Assembly (NCBI RefSeq): GCF_006345805.1
Contig: NW_021832386.1
Location: 1-61,207, forward strand
DNA from: Octopus sinensis
Lineage: Eukaryota
Reading direction: 5' to 3'
Length of the DNA stretch: 61,207 nt
Part shown: one piece after another, positions 1 through 12,445 of the stretch
How the letters are laid out: each line of letters opens with the position of its first letter
Position numbering within the stretch: the stretch's first letter is position 1
Translations under genes and position numbers: made by a program
Notes under the pieces: model-generated
What the model saw: the letters and a program-made list of their open reading frames with translations, nothing else
Database searches by the model: none
Told to the model about the DNA's origin: nothing

Positions 1-440
1 CTCTCTCATCCTCCTTCCCTTCTACGTGAACCGTGACTAATTTTCCCTCCTCTGCAATTTCGCCACCGGACACCTAGCCTGCCGGTCAACCTTTTTCTCC
101 TCTCTTACTAATTCCCTCTTTCCAAGCCATTTAAGGATTCCTTCCAGGCGTTACCCATCATTCTCGCGTTTGCCCGAAAAGCTGTATGTATCCCGTCTTC
201 GTCAATCGTTTCAAATTACATCTGTTGACTTTCGTACGTCCTCCCTGTATTATCTTGTTAGCTCGAGTCCTAATTCTATGCAAATCTTGCGGGTGCCACC
301 GATATATGAAGTTCCCAGTCTTATCGTTAAAGGCACGAAACTGAGCATTAGTATTTTTCGGACGCTAACTGATGGAGAATTACTGTCCTTTTGCGTTTGT
401 CCTACGTGTACGTTTTGTAGTATTTAATGCATTTTTCATT

Positions 441-544
<104 letters not shown>

Positions 545-719
545 CAGAGATATACAGTTGTGTGTGTCTTTGTGTCTATGTTTGTCGCCCCACCATCGCT
601 TGACAACTGATGTCAGTGTGTTTACGTCTCCATCGCTCTTTGGAAGATAAATTAAACTATCACTGATTTTTTTCTGAGGCCTGATATAAATAACTAGCTT
701 CCTCAACCAGAATATGTGT

Positions 720-1066
720 GAAGGTGCATGGCTCAGTGGTTAGAGCGTCGGGCCTCACAGTCATGGGGTAATGAGTTCGATTACCGGACCGGGTTCTGTG
801 TTCTGCTCTCTTCTTGAGCAAGACACTTTATTTCACGTTGCTCCAGTTCACTCAGCAGTAGAAATGATTTGCGACGTCACAGGTGCTAAGCTGTATCGGC
901 CCCTCTGCCTTTCCCTTGGATAACATTGGGGGCGTGGAGAGAGAAGGCCGATATGTATGGGCGACTGCTGGTCTTCCATAAACAACCCTGCTCGGACTTG
1001 TGCCTCGGAGGAGAACTTTCAACTGCAATCCTATGGTCATTCATGACCGAAGGGGGTCTTTATCCT
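720..1066 (+). mobile_element. tRNA-derived SINE (family 3)
   Basis: A-box TGGCTCAGTGG and B-box-like GAGTTCGATTACC, then the body motif CTTGAGCAAGACACTTTATTTCACGTTGCTCCAGTTCACTCAGC, which recurs at about 49.69 kb. Confidence 0.8.
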
Positions 1067-1511
1067 ACCAGAATATGAACTTGCATTCCGATATTAGAAC
1101 ATCAACGTCACTGCTTCTAGTATTTGCGAGTTTTGAATTCAATGATCTCAAAAACTACCATTTGATTAGACGAGAGAAATGGAGATAATCTGAAGGTTCC
1201 AGTATTCTCCGAAATTGACATGGCATTAAAGCAAAGGTGAGGCTTATTGGATCTGGAGATACAAGAAGAGTCGTGGAAACGTGTTTCTGTCTCATACACA
1301 AAACTACAGACAGACAGACAGACACTGGTAAACAAACAGATTGATAGACAGACATTCATACATACATGCAAACATACATACAGATATAGACATAAATACA
1401 TATAGATACATACACACATACATATATACATGCATATATTCATACATACATTCAGGCAGACAGACATTCATACATATTTTCATACATGCATATACATATA
1501 TACATACATTC

Positions 1512-1554
<43 letters not shown>

Positions 1555-1639
1555 CACAAACAAACATACACCTACATAGACTAAATTACATACATATAAA
1601 CATACACATGTATACAAACCTAGACATCCATACATACAC

Positions 1640-2685
1640 ACAAGCATTCCTTAGATATATGTCCAAAGAAGCCGTACGACGCCACCGCAACGTATAATCA
1701 GATGAAATGATAAGCAAATACGTGCAGAAGACAATACCTGTTAGTAGAAATCTCCGATAATAACATTGATTATGGAAGCTGTCTATCATGGAGCAATAAC
1801 CGGATTACTACCTCCCTCTTTGAAGGGCATGCATTTGCAATCCAGGTACAGGGAAAACTAAATACATGATGCACAAAAGGAAGAGATGCAAGAAAAGCAG
1901 TAGAATGTGACACCGAAGATATCACGCACATCATAAGAAGTTGTCCGAAAATGTCATCAAGGTGTTATCTATCGATGAGACAAGGTGCTGTAGCTGGGAC
2001 ACTGCATAACGAGATCCGTCGAAAGGATAACCCCGAAGCAAAGAAGTAAGAACCCACTGTATGGTGGAAGCCAAACTCACTCATGATAAAAAGGAATACT
2101 GGTGGAATGTCCCCAGTGAAGACCTCAATAAAATGTAAACACGATAGACCTGATATAATGATTTGTGATCGAGAAGAGAAACTGTGCACATTTGTAGAAA
2201 ACAGCTGCCCAGAGGATAAAGCTGAAGGTCTGTGAAAAAGAGAATACCTACGCTGAACTATTGAGAAATCCGCAGTTAATCTATCCAGATTACAAGCTCA
2301 GGTTTATACCTGTAATTATTGGGGCCCTGGGATATGTAACACACTGCCTAAATACCAATCTTGAGAAATTAGGCTTCTCAAAACCAGAAAGGAGAAAGCT
2401 GATTCGAAGACTACAGATCACTGGAACTGTAACAATCTGTAAAACTTTCCAGAAGTTTATTATTTAAGTGTATATGAGTATATCTAGATATGTAAGTATA
2501 TGCATGAGAAGACATACATAAAACAAAACATACAAACCTGCACGTATACATACATACATACATACATACATACATACATACATACAACATTACCTTGATG
2601 TTGAAATTCCAATGAAGGGGCCTTGAATCTAGGTTAGAAACTGACTCTTTCCTATTGGAAAAACCTTGAAATAAAAGTGAACAAT

Positions 2686-2690
<5 letters not shown>
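1640..2690 (+). mobile_element. R4/Dong-like (RLE) non-LTR retrotransposon, degenerate 3' fragment (family A)
   Basis: Broken frames give FEGHAFAIQ, a zinc-knuckle remnant EDITHIIRSCPKM, KEYWWNVP, the RLE motif KHDRPDIMI and YKLRFIPVIIGALGYV...ICKTFQKF. A 3' UTR follows. Confidence 0.85.
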
Positions 2691-2723
<33 letters not shown>

Positions 2724-3909
2724 ACACACACACATACATACATACGTACATACATACATTCCAATCTACCACGCTCCATCTCCACTCTCCTCCAAGCAAA
2801 ATTAAGGTTTTTAACGTAGTCGACCGATCTGCAAGAAATAGCAGCAAAATCTCACTCAAACAGTCCTACCTTCCGAAACAAAGGTGAATATAGTACATAA
2901 TTTAATCCAAAATATTCTAAAATGAGAGGGTGGTCATGGTTTTATATCTGTTAATCGAAGTTTTGCTCAACCAGAGATGGCCTGTGACTAAAAAAAACAA
3001 GGCATCAACATTACCTGCCTAAGATGGGTTAGTTGACAGAATCTGGTGCGTCGAACAAAATGATGGTTGAGTAACAAGTAAAAGATAAAAATAGTATACC
3101 ACCTATCAATATTAATCAATCAATCGGTGTACTTAACGACCTCTCAGAAACACTGCATCCCTCTTTTTACTTCGACCATGGTAAAGGTTCTATGTTACTT
3201 TTCGCTTCTTTGGGAAACAACATCACCACCACCACCACCACCATCACCACCTACCTCGCAATATTTTACCATTATAGCACCATTTAGAATTCTTCGGTTT
3301 ATTTATTACCTAACAAACGCATTCAACAACAAACAATTCCCTCCTTAACAGATATACATTAATATATTTTCTTATATTTATTTATTAATTTTTATTTTGC
3401 TATTGCGTTATTTGTGGACCGCTTCTTTTTTTTATCTTCCTTTCTTTGGTTGTTGTTGTTGATATAATTGGCCTCGTTGTTTTTTATGTCCTACGTTCAC
3501 TTCGCTTATGGCCCTAACGTTGCGTCATACCACACTTCTGTTTTCTTTCTATCTCTTTCTCCATTTTCTCCCCCTCCAGCACTCCATATATACAAAGAGA
3601 AGGAGAGAGTAAGGTGTATGTATGCATGTATGTGTGTATGTGTGCGTGTGTATGTATATACATACATACAGTCATATGTGTGTGTGTGTGTGTGTGTGTA
3701 TATATTTATATATATTTATACAGGTGAATGAATTCATCGATCGATGAACTGATACGTATATGCATATATATATATGTATGTATGTATGTATATACATATG
3801 TATGTATATATATATATATATACATACATATATATATATATATATACATACATATATATATACATATATGTATATATATACATATATATATACATACATA
3901 TATATATAC

Positions 3910-3948
<39 letters not shown>

Positions 3949-4229
3949 CATATATATATATACATATATATCTTGTTTCAGTCATTTGACTGCGGCCATG
4001 CTGGAGCACCGCCTTTAGTCGAGAAAATCGTGCGTTTGTGTACTTAAAAGTACTGGAAACATAATTCGACAAAATTTCTCCTTAATAACAAGCCCCAAAT
4101 GTGTAAACTAAGAACAAGCTACTGATGAAAAAAGCGGTTTATAAATTCTATAGCAAACGTTAAAGTAGTAAACTTCACGACTCTAACTATTTTACTGGTC
4201 ATAAAAAATACGAGGGTCTTCTTGGTCTC

Positions 4230-4435
4230 ACCAGCAAAAAGTCACTGCAGTGCGCTATACTACACAGCACAAAGCAAAGCTTGATAGGAAAACATTGGTG
4301 GACAACACATCTATACTCTGTAGAAATTATCTCCAGATACACACAATAATGGAAGCGATACTCAAAGCGCAACACAATGGTGAAATAAACATACAGGAAG
4401 TGTACAATGCGTCTCGAACAAAAAGTAACGCTTAA
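4230..4435 (+). mobile_element. Possible Penelope-like GIY-YIG endonuclease C-terminal fragment
   Basis: TTQHKAKLDRKTLVDNTSILC...IMEAILK...EINIQ resembles the ...ILx...xEAxxI...LNxQ end of Penelope endonucleases. The GIY and YIG motifs themselves are not seen. Confidence 0.5.
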
Positions 4436-4545
4436 CTGGTGATATAATGATGTAAAGACCAAAAGCTGGGAACAGCTTCTTCGATCTTACTTCGATCATA
4501 CATACATACATACATACATACATACATACATACATACATACATAC

Positions 4546-5220
4546 ATCCTTCTATTCTCCTTTTCCAGAACGGTTCTTTGTTTCTTTGTACTTTTTCTCC
4601 AAATATTCCCATCTTCTCTACAATGACATAAGTAGTAGCATGCATCAAAGAATTCAATTCGGTGATATCCTTAATTGGAATTTCCCAGACTATTCGCTTT
4701 CCTGAGTTCTAACCTTAGCTTCGCTCTTTCACATGACTTCAATAATGGCAACTTTTGCCTTTCCTCAAGTAACATTACTTTCAGAATTCTCTCGCAGAGC
4801 ATAACTAGTTCTGGGCGATTTTATTTCGATGCCTTTCTATTTGGAGATATTCTAATGTTTTCTGTATATTGTTGATATCTTCTCTCCCAGCATTGTCAAA
4901 TCTCCTGTTATATGAATCCCCTGTTATTAGGGCCAATAGTCCCTTGCGGTTCCTTTTTCATTTCCATTCCATTATTATCTTCTCCTGCTCCATCTTCTTT
5001 CACCATATTTTGATTCTGTTCACTCTCACCTTTCAGTTCTTCATTCTGATAATATTTTTCCCAGAGCATTAATAACCTTTGCTTAAAGCCTTTTTCCTCC
5101 GGTTTATTCCTAATATAACATTCGAACAACAATTTATTGTTCTCCGTCCATTTTAATCTCCTTCGCTCTTGAAGTTCAGCAGCAGCTTCATTACGACCGA
5201 TCTTGTGTTGTTGTTCCACG
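4546..5220 (-). mobile_element. R4/Dong-like non-LTR retrotransposon, 5' ORF fragment
   Basis: Minus-strand frames give RRRLKWTENNKLLFECYIRNKPEEKGFKQRLLMLW, then ERQKLPLLKSC, IPIKDITELNSLMHATTYVIVEKMG and NKEPFWKRRIE, typical of the R4-clade N-terminal region. Truncated at a (CATA)n run. Confidence 0.8.
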
Positions 5221-5714
5221 GGGCATCTGCTGGACGCGACACCTTCGCTAAAAAATCCAAGGGGACATCACAAAAGACAGTCAAAAATTTGCGTGGGGAT
5301 TAACAAAATGATGGCTAGAAAGAAATGGAAAAGACAGCAAAATGCGATAAAAGTATACATCGCATACAAAGTACGTAGTAACATAAATGATACAGTCCGC
5401 TTGATAGAGGAGAAACTCCAACTAGGGTCAAACAGAGAACCCCACAGATCCAGGATTACTCTGACCATCAAAGATACTACTAGCCGTCTCTCATGCTCTT
5501 CAATCTACAGGTGCATATTTAGATTAGGGCCAGAAATTCACTGGGAGGTAGCACTTCCCTCTCCACCTTCACTTTCCTTTCCAAGTGGAACTTTAAAAAG
5601 TCGAATGAGAGGGTCAGCGAAGCAGAAGGTGTCTTTCCACATTCCTTTCAGCTTCGTCCACCACATCACCTCTTTCGCCAGTAGACAGAGCAACACCGCC
5701 GACAATGGTGTTAA

Positions 5715-5920
5715 ATTTTGGCACAAGGCTAGCATTTTTAAGGAGGCGGGGGGGGACAATAAGTTGATTGCATCGACCCCAGTGTTCAAATGGTATTTAT
5801 TTTATCGACTCCCCCAACTGCATGAGAGACAAAGTCGACCTCGGCAGAATTTGAACTCAGGACGTGAAGACGGAGGAAATGCCGGTAAGTATTTTGCCCG
5901 GCGCGGTAACGATTCTGCCG
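5715..5920 (-). mobile_element. tRNA-derived SINE (family 2), degenerate
   Basis: Contains ATCGACCCCAG...AAAGTCGACCTCGGCAGAATTTGAACTCAG...AACGATTCTGCC, matching many other copies in the window. Confidence 0.8.
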
Positions 5921-6509
5921 GAATGATGATGATGATGACGACGACAACGATGATGATGATGATGATGTTGAAAATTATTGCTATCCATTATAAATATGTA
6001 TGTATGTTTGTATATGTGTATTTATATGCATATATATATATAAATATATACATACACACACATAGATATACATACATACATACATACATACATGCATACA
6101 TACATACATATACATACTTATACATACTTATACATACGACGAGCAAGACAAATGCAAAAAATAAATACTTGCGAGGAACGAATAGGGAGATATCAAATAT
6201 CGAAATGAATGTGTGAGAGAAAGAGAGAGGGCATGTATCAATATGTGTGTGTGTGTGTGTGGTGTGTGTGTGTTGTGTGTGGGTGGTGTGTGTGTGTGTG
6301 TGTGTGTGTGTGCAGACGGGATATATTTACCCGTTCATATATATTCATTAAATCATATATTTTTAAGCAATCATCTCTGTTTATTAGATTCATGTAAACA
6401 CAAGAACAGTTCTTGTTATTCTTGATCAGACTCATTTAATTCATATGCACACACACACACACACACACACTGTATCACATGCACATGTGGGTGTATGAAT
6501 GTGTGTGTG

Positions 6510-6550
<41 letters not shown>

Positions 6551-6596
6551 ATTTATATATATATTTGTGTGTATATATATATGAACGTATATGTAT

Positions 6597-6652
<56 letters not shown>

Positions 6653-6767
6653 TTATATATGTGTGTGTGTGTGTGGTATATATATATTTGATGCGTTTGT
6701 GGTGCGTCTATGTATGTATAGAAATATATGAATGTGTGTATGTTTGTATATACGCATGTGTGTATAA

Positions 6768-6802
<35 letters not shown>

Positions 6803-6825
6803 ATACACACATATATACTTTTAGC

Positions 6826-7030
6826 TTCTACTTGTTTTAGTCACTGGACTGCGGTCATACTGGGGCACTGCCTGGAAGGGCTTCAAGTCGAACGAATCGA
6901 CTCCAGACCATATTTTCCCTTCAGCTTCCTGTTTATTCTATCGGTCTCTTTTGCCGTACCACTAAGTAAGGGGGATATACACAAACCAACATCAGTTGTG
7001 AAGCAGTAGTAAGCGACAAGCACAGACCCA
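6826..7030 (-). mobile_element. SINE family 1, 3' half
   Basis: GACTGCGGTCATACTGGGGCACTGCC tail and TTATTCTATCGGTCTCTTTTGCCG body, shared with the complete copy at 7126. Confidence 0.8.
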
Positions 7031-7125
7031 ATGACACACACACACTCATACATATACACACACGCACTCACACATACACACACACACCCACACACACACA
7101 TATATACTCTTTACTCTTTCTCTCT

Positions 7126-7525
7126 TTTACTTGTTTCAGTCATTTGACTGCGGCCATGCTGGAGCACCGCCTTTAGACGAGCAACTCGACCCCGGGACTT
7201 ATTCTTTTTGTAAGCCCAGTACTTATTCTATCGGTCTCTTTTTGCCGAACCGCTAAGTGACGGGGACGTAAACACACCAGCATCAGTTGTCAAGCAATGC
7301 TAGGGGAACAAACACAGACACACAAACACACACATACATATATATATATATGTACATACATATATACGACAGGCTTCTTTCAGTTTCCGTCTACCAAATC
7401 CACTCACAAGGCATTGGTCGGCCCGGGGCTATAGCAGAAGACACTTGCCTAAGATGCCACGCAGTGGGACTGAACCCGGAACCATGTGGTTGGTTAGCAA
7501 GCTACTTACCACACAGCCACTCCTA
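7126..7525 (-). mobile_element. tRNA-derived SINE family 1, complete copy
   Basis: Minus-strand head AGGAGTGGCTGTGTGGTAAG (A-box) with GGTTCAGTCCC (B-box-like), an internal microsatellite, and the 3' tail GGCGGTGCTCCAGCATGGCCGCAGTCAAATGACTGAAACAAGTAAAAG. Confidence 0.88.
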
Positions 7526-8334
7526 TATATATAGTATATTAAATTTAGAGAAGAAAAGGAAGAGTTAGCGATTAATGTTTAGTTATTAATAAATTGATAA
7601 TCATTTCTTCCTACGGCTGTTTCCATGTGAACTCATTGAATAAATTACAAATTTATGCATTAAATTTGCATTTGTAAGTTATGAGCAAAATATCTTCAGG
7701 GAAAATTAGACATAAAAAAACTACACGTTCATTCGAACAGACTAAATATATTGAATTGTTTTATCTTTTTATTTATATATGCGCGTGAGAGTTAACGGAT
7801 TAATTTGAATATCAAATGTTGTTGTGTCATTCTCTTTTCGTGCCTTATTATTTAACACACTCACCGGTAAAGCTTTCACTCATTTGCTTATTTATTTTTC
7901 CTAAAATTTTCGTTGCGTCTTACAACCTTTCCAAATTCAAAATTGAGATTGTATATCAAACGAATAGAGAGAACTAAAGAATAAGATAAAATAAAATAAG
8001 TAAAATAAAAAATAGAAAATAAAATAAAAACAGAATAAAGAAATAAAAATCGAATAACAATAATATGAGGTAGAATAGAATATATACATACATAGGTACA
8101 TATGTACATATAGAAGCACATATAGAATATACATAAATATACACTTTACTCTTTTACTCTTTTATTTTATTTGCTAAAAAACGTCAGAAACCATGGTCCA
8201 GGAAATGGATAGTAAATGTTTTTAGTTTTCATTCCTTTCGTGTTTTAATCCCTAATAGTGGTTTGGACTTTAGCTGTTCCTTCTAGCGTGAAAGGAATCC
8301 TTTGAAGGATACCTCTTATGTGTTTAAATGTACA

Positions 8335-8382
<48 letters not shown>

Positions 8383-8544
8383 CCCTGTAAAGTCCTCTTC
8401 AATCCGTTTGAATGCACTCAAACCTGAGAAGACCTTCCGCTGCAGAGCTAGTTCCGAGAGAAAATTTTCTTCTATTTTCTCTAATTTTGGAACAAAGCTT
8501 GAAATTTTAGTGGAACGTTGAGTCAATTATGTTGATATCAGTAC

Positions 8545-8690
8545 TCGACTGATACTTTCTTTCATCGACCCCGAAAGGATGAAGGGTCAAGTTGATATAG
8601 GTAGTATTTGAACTCTGAATGTAAAGAACCTGAAGAAATGCCGCTAAACATTTTGTCCGACGCGCTAACTATTCTACCTATATTGTTTAT
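8545..8690 (-). mobile_element. SINE family 2, degenerate
   Basis: ATCGACCCCGAAAGGATGAAGGGTCAAGTTG...TTTGAACTCTGAA...CATTTTGTCCGACGCGCTAAC. Confidence 0.75.
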
Positions 8691-9636
8691 TAATATTACG
8701 TGGAAAATTCGACATAGTTTGGAAAGAGAGAATTCTCCAACAGACCAGACATGTCTGACGAAAATCAAAACCTACAGGTCGATTTCTGTCTTGTCAATAC
8801 CAGACTATTGGTTGCAGTATTCTGAAGAATCTTCTAGAACGAAAAGGAAGCAACAGAAGATTTTGTTCATTTATCTACAGATCTTATGGAAGAATATTTG
8901 ATGCTGTTTTAATGCCAGACAAATGATCAAAAACCAAAGAATGGTAAAGTATTAATATTTTCACGCTTCCGTTTCGTTGACTTTAAAACCATCTTCGAAG
9001 TTACCTTTGCCTGACGCTCCACCGATTCCGTTAGTCAACAACCAACATTTTATCTGCTACTCCACCGATTCTGTCAGTCAGCTGATCTTAGGCAAGCAAT
9101 ATTGATTCCTTCGTATTGTTGTTGTTATTGTTGCTTTTGTTGTTGTTTGGCCCCAGGTCGACTCTGGTTAGGCAAACTTATGAACAGAATATGGCAGAAG
9201 ACACTATTTCTTTTTTTTATTTTTTACTTATTTCAATCACTGGACTGCGGCCATGCTGGGGCACTGCCTCGAAGGGTTTCGTTGAACAAGTCGACCACAG
9301 TATTTTTTTTTTCAAAAAAAAGACAGCAACAAGAACAACAGCAACAAAAACTCCCTTACTGTGAAATACAGAATGATCAGATGATGGATATGACAATAAA
9401 ATACTAGCATATAATCTACTGTATCGATAAGTATCTTAGAAGATACTGAAGTATATAGATAGAGGTAGCGGGGGATAACAAAACAGGTGGATAAACATAT
9501 TACGAAATAATAAAGTATATCGATAAAGGCATTTTTTCGAAAATGGGAAAAAATTTCGTTTAATTGCATATTCTGTTTTTACATAGCCAAAAATAACGAT
9601 TTGACGAAAATGACAGAAGCGATCAAATACTTTTAT

Positions 9637-9692
<56 letters not shown>

Positions 9693-9716
9693 TGTGTGTG
9701 TGTGTGTGAGTATGTG

Positions 9717-9748
<32 letters not shown>

Positions 9749-9895
9749 TTTTCAAAAAGGAACGTGGCTTCCATTTTATTTTCGCACGAGCAGGAATAGC
9801 GAAATGGTTCAACGTTTGAACGTATATGTATGTATATATACTTGTACGTAAATATGTATAAATATATATGTATGTATGTACGTAAATATATATAA

Positions 9896-9927
<32 letters not shown>

Positions 9928-10049
9928 TATGCATGCATGCATGCATGTATGTATGTGTGTATGCATGCATGTATGTATGCATGTATGTAAACATACACAC
10001 ATATATGCAAGTATGTAGGTATACGCACACAGAGACATATTAGTATGTC

Positions 10050-10478
10050 TCTTCTATTTTTTTATTATTATAACTATTCCACTGAGGAGGGAACCGGTTT
10101 CCAACAAAGATACAAGGCTCCATCTTTTGGGATGTAGTTAACACAGGCAAATTCACATTTGGAACTTGAGAAAAGTCTTACATATTTTTACTGTTCCACC
10201 CACAGATTGCACTTATAATATATGAATTAGCCGGTCGATTTCTCTTTCTGAAAATCCCAGTTTATCCAGATTCTCCTTTAAGCATTTACTAACAAAAAAA
10301 ACCTGAGTGCTCCAATTTTTATTGGTATGAATATGAATTCATAGCCTGGATAGAGAAGCTGAAGGTTTTGAAGCAGTTCTCTGTAGATATTCTCTTTTTC
10401 TTTGTTTTTCAAAGAGATATTTATATCTGCAGGGCAGCTAAGCTCTATGATGGCACATACCTTTGCTCCTCTATCCCA
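10050..10478 (-). mobile_element. R4/Dong-like family A, RLE C-terminal half and 3' UTR
   Basis: WDRGAKVCAIIELSCPADINISLKNKEKENIYRELLQNLQLLYPGYEFIFIPIKIGAL is homologous to about 2160-2340. Ends in a short (TAA)n/A-rich tail near 10055. Confidence 0.85.
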
Positions 10479-11372
10479 AGCAGACCTGGACACAATGCAG
10501 CAGTGGATCATGGACTGGCAACTCAAGCTGGCTGTGGACAAATGTACCACCATGCATTTTAGGAGGAGAAACCCAGCGTCCACCTACTCCCTCCACAACA
10601 CTAGTCTCAAAAAGCCTTCATGTGAACGTGACCTGGGTGTTATTGTCGACAGTGATTTGCGTTGGACAAAACACATCGCTAAAATTGTCAAGAAAGCTGA
10701 GAGTGTCTTGGCATCACTCACCAAATCCTTTGTGAGCCGCTCTCCGGCTATCTATCTGCGGCTTTATATAGCTATGGTAAGACCTCACCTGGAATTTGCA
10801 TCACCGGTCTGGAACCCCTATCTTGCCCAGGATATCAATCGTCTGGAAGCTGTTCAGCGATGTGCAACCAAAAGAATACCCTCCATCAGGCATTTGGCAT
10901 ATCCTGAACGCCTTACTTCCCTGGGCATGGACACATTGAAACTCCGACGTCTGGCAGCTGACTTGTCAGACACCCATAAAATTATCAACCATCGTACAAA
11001 CAATAACTCTGAGCACCTTTTCAAACTCCACCCATCTAACACCCGTGGACATATTTACAAAGTCAGAAAACAGCACAGCTCCCATGACTTCAGGAAACAT
11101 TTTTTCACGCTGAGAGTTGCTGAAGCATGGAACAAACTGCCGGTATCAGTTGTTAGTTGTCGGAGCACTGCATCCTTCAAAACTTCCATGCTTTCTGAGA
11201 TTCACCAACACTACACCTGATTTTCTCCCCTCCATACACACACAGGCATGTATCTGACTCATACATTGTTCGCTTTCCAGACATTTTTACATTACTGCAT
11301 GTACTTTATATGCACTTTCTGACAAGTTGTGGTGCACCTGAGCACTGTATACAATAATTTCATTATTATTAT
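10479..11372 (+). mobile_element. CR1-clade LINE, 5'-truncated (RT C-terminus and 3' UTR)
   Basis: ADLDTMQQWIMDWQLKLAVDKC, ERDLGVIVDSDLRW, YIAMVRPHLEFASPVWNP, LEAVQRCATK and FFTLRVAEAWNKLP; ends in an (ATT)n tail. Confidence 0.92.
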
Positions 11373-12258
11373 TAATGCTGAAAAGTTTCAAGCTTTATAC
11401 TATCAGCATGCAAAACTGAATGCAATACCCAAGGAATACACTGGACCCGGAGGGATTGCAATCCCAGAGGCACAATCAGTGCGTGACCTGGGTATTCACA
11501 TGAGTGATGACGCGACCTTTCATGTACATGTTGCTAAACTGACAATGAAATGCAGACGGCTGGCTGGATGGATTCTTAGAACCTTTAGAACAAGAGAACA
11601 AGAAACCATGATGGTCCTCTGGAAGACACTTGTCCTAAGCCACTTTGACTATTGCTCTCAGCTATGGTCACCATCCAGTGTCAAGTTGATCACAGAACTT
11701 GAGGCGATCCAACGAAGCTACATGAAGAAGATAGCCTCTATGCAGATGTAAGCTACTGGGAAAGACTCAAGAGATTAAAATTATATTCCCTGGAGCGTAG
11801 GCGGGAAAGATATGCCATAATATACATCTGGGAAGATCCTGGAGGGAAGTGTCCTGAACTTTGGCATCGAGAGTTACGCAAATGCCAGAACTGGGCGCCA
11901 CTGCGTGGTGCCTAGGACTCCAAACTTGCCATCAAGATGTAGGACAAGATTCTGTGATAGCCTGGCTTCCGAGGCCCACAGCTCTTCAATATCCTCCCGA
12001 TGAACCTGAGAGACCTGCATGGGGTGGATACAGATGTCTTTAAAATGGAGCTGGATCTCTTCCTGTCAGGTGTCCCAGATGAACCAACTTCACGGCAGGA
12101 GGGGCAGATGAGGGCAGCTGCATCGAACTCTCTCATGCACCAAATAGCAGTTGCTAGAAAGCCTCCATGAAGTGAAACCAAGTAGCAACACCAAATGGCG
12201 GTGCCCCAGCATGGCCACAGCTCATAAGCTGAAACTAGAATCAATCAATCAATCAATC
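11373..12258 (+). mobile_element. CR1-clade LINE, 5'-truncated; relative of the 20.3-24.1 kb element
   Basis: NAEKFQAL, VRDLGIHMSDDATF, WILRTFRTR and FDYCSQLWSP align with 23345-24100. It has a complete 3' end with a stem-loop and an (AATC)n tail. Confidence 0.92.
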
Positions 12259-12445
12259 AAAACAGCAATATCCGGCCTGTTATGTTTACATTTGACAGGA
12301 GTTTTGATGGGAATATTCCACCAGTATTCCTTCAGTTGGTGTTTATGAATGTATTCTGCAACAGAGGGATTTTCTAAGTTTATTTCAGGACAGTCTTTTT
12401 GGCGGATGATCTTAGATCAGGTTACTTGCTATGCAAATACATCTC
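12259..12445 (-). mobile_element. R4/Dong-like family A, RLE N-terminal half (continues at 10478)
   Basis: Minus strand reads ...NPSVAEYIHKHQLKEYWWNIPIKTPVKCKHNRPDIAV, which joins in frame to WDRGAKVC at 10478. Confidence 0.85.

Noticed and set aside
1-430. Unique-looking sequence with an 85-aa ORF and minus-strand open stretches
   Set aside because: No recognisable motif, and it is truncated by the window edge, so no call can be supported.
720-800. tRNA genes (here and at 47300 and 49610)
   Set aside because: A and B boxes are present, but there is no full cloverleaf and each continues into a repeat body; these are SINE heads.
3468-4072. Many ORFs rich in YI/IY/CV/HT repeats here and at 6.2-6.8, 9.4-10.0, 12.4-13.8, 15-17, 26.7-27.2, 29-30.5, 31.7-32.2, 33.8-35.4, 38-39, 41.6-43 and 58.5-60.5 kb
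   Set aside because: These are translations of (TA)n, (CA)n and (TACA)n microsatellites, which lack stop codons by composition; they are not evidence of coding.
5203-6216. 337-aa + strand ORF
   Set aside because: It is antisense to an R4-like 5' region, then runs through a SINE and microsatellites, with no coherent domain.
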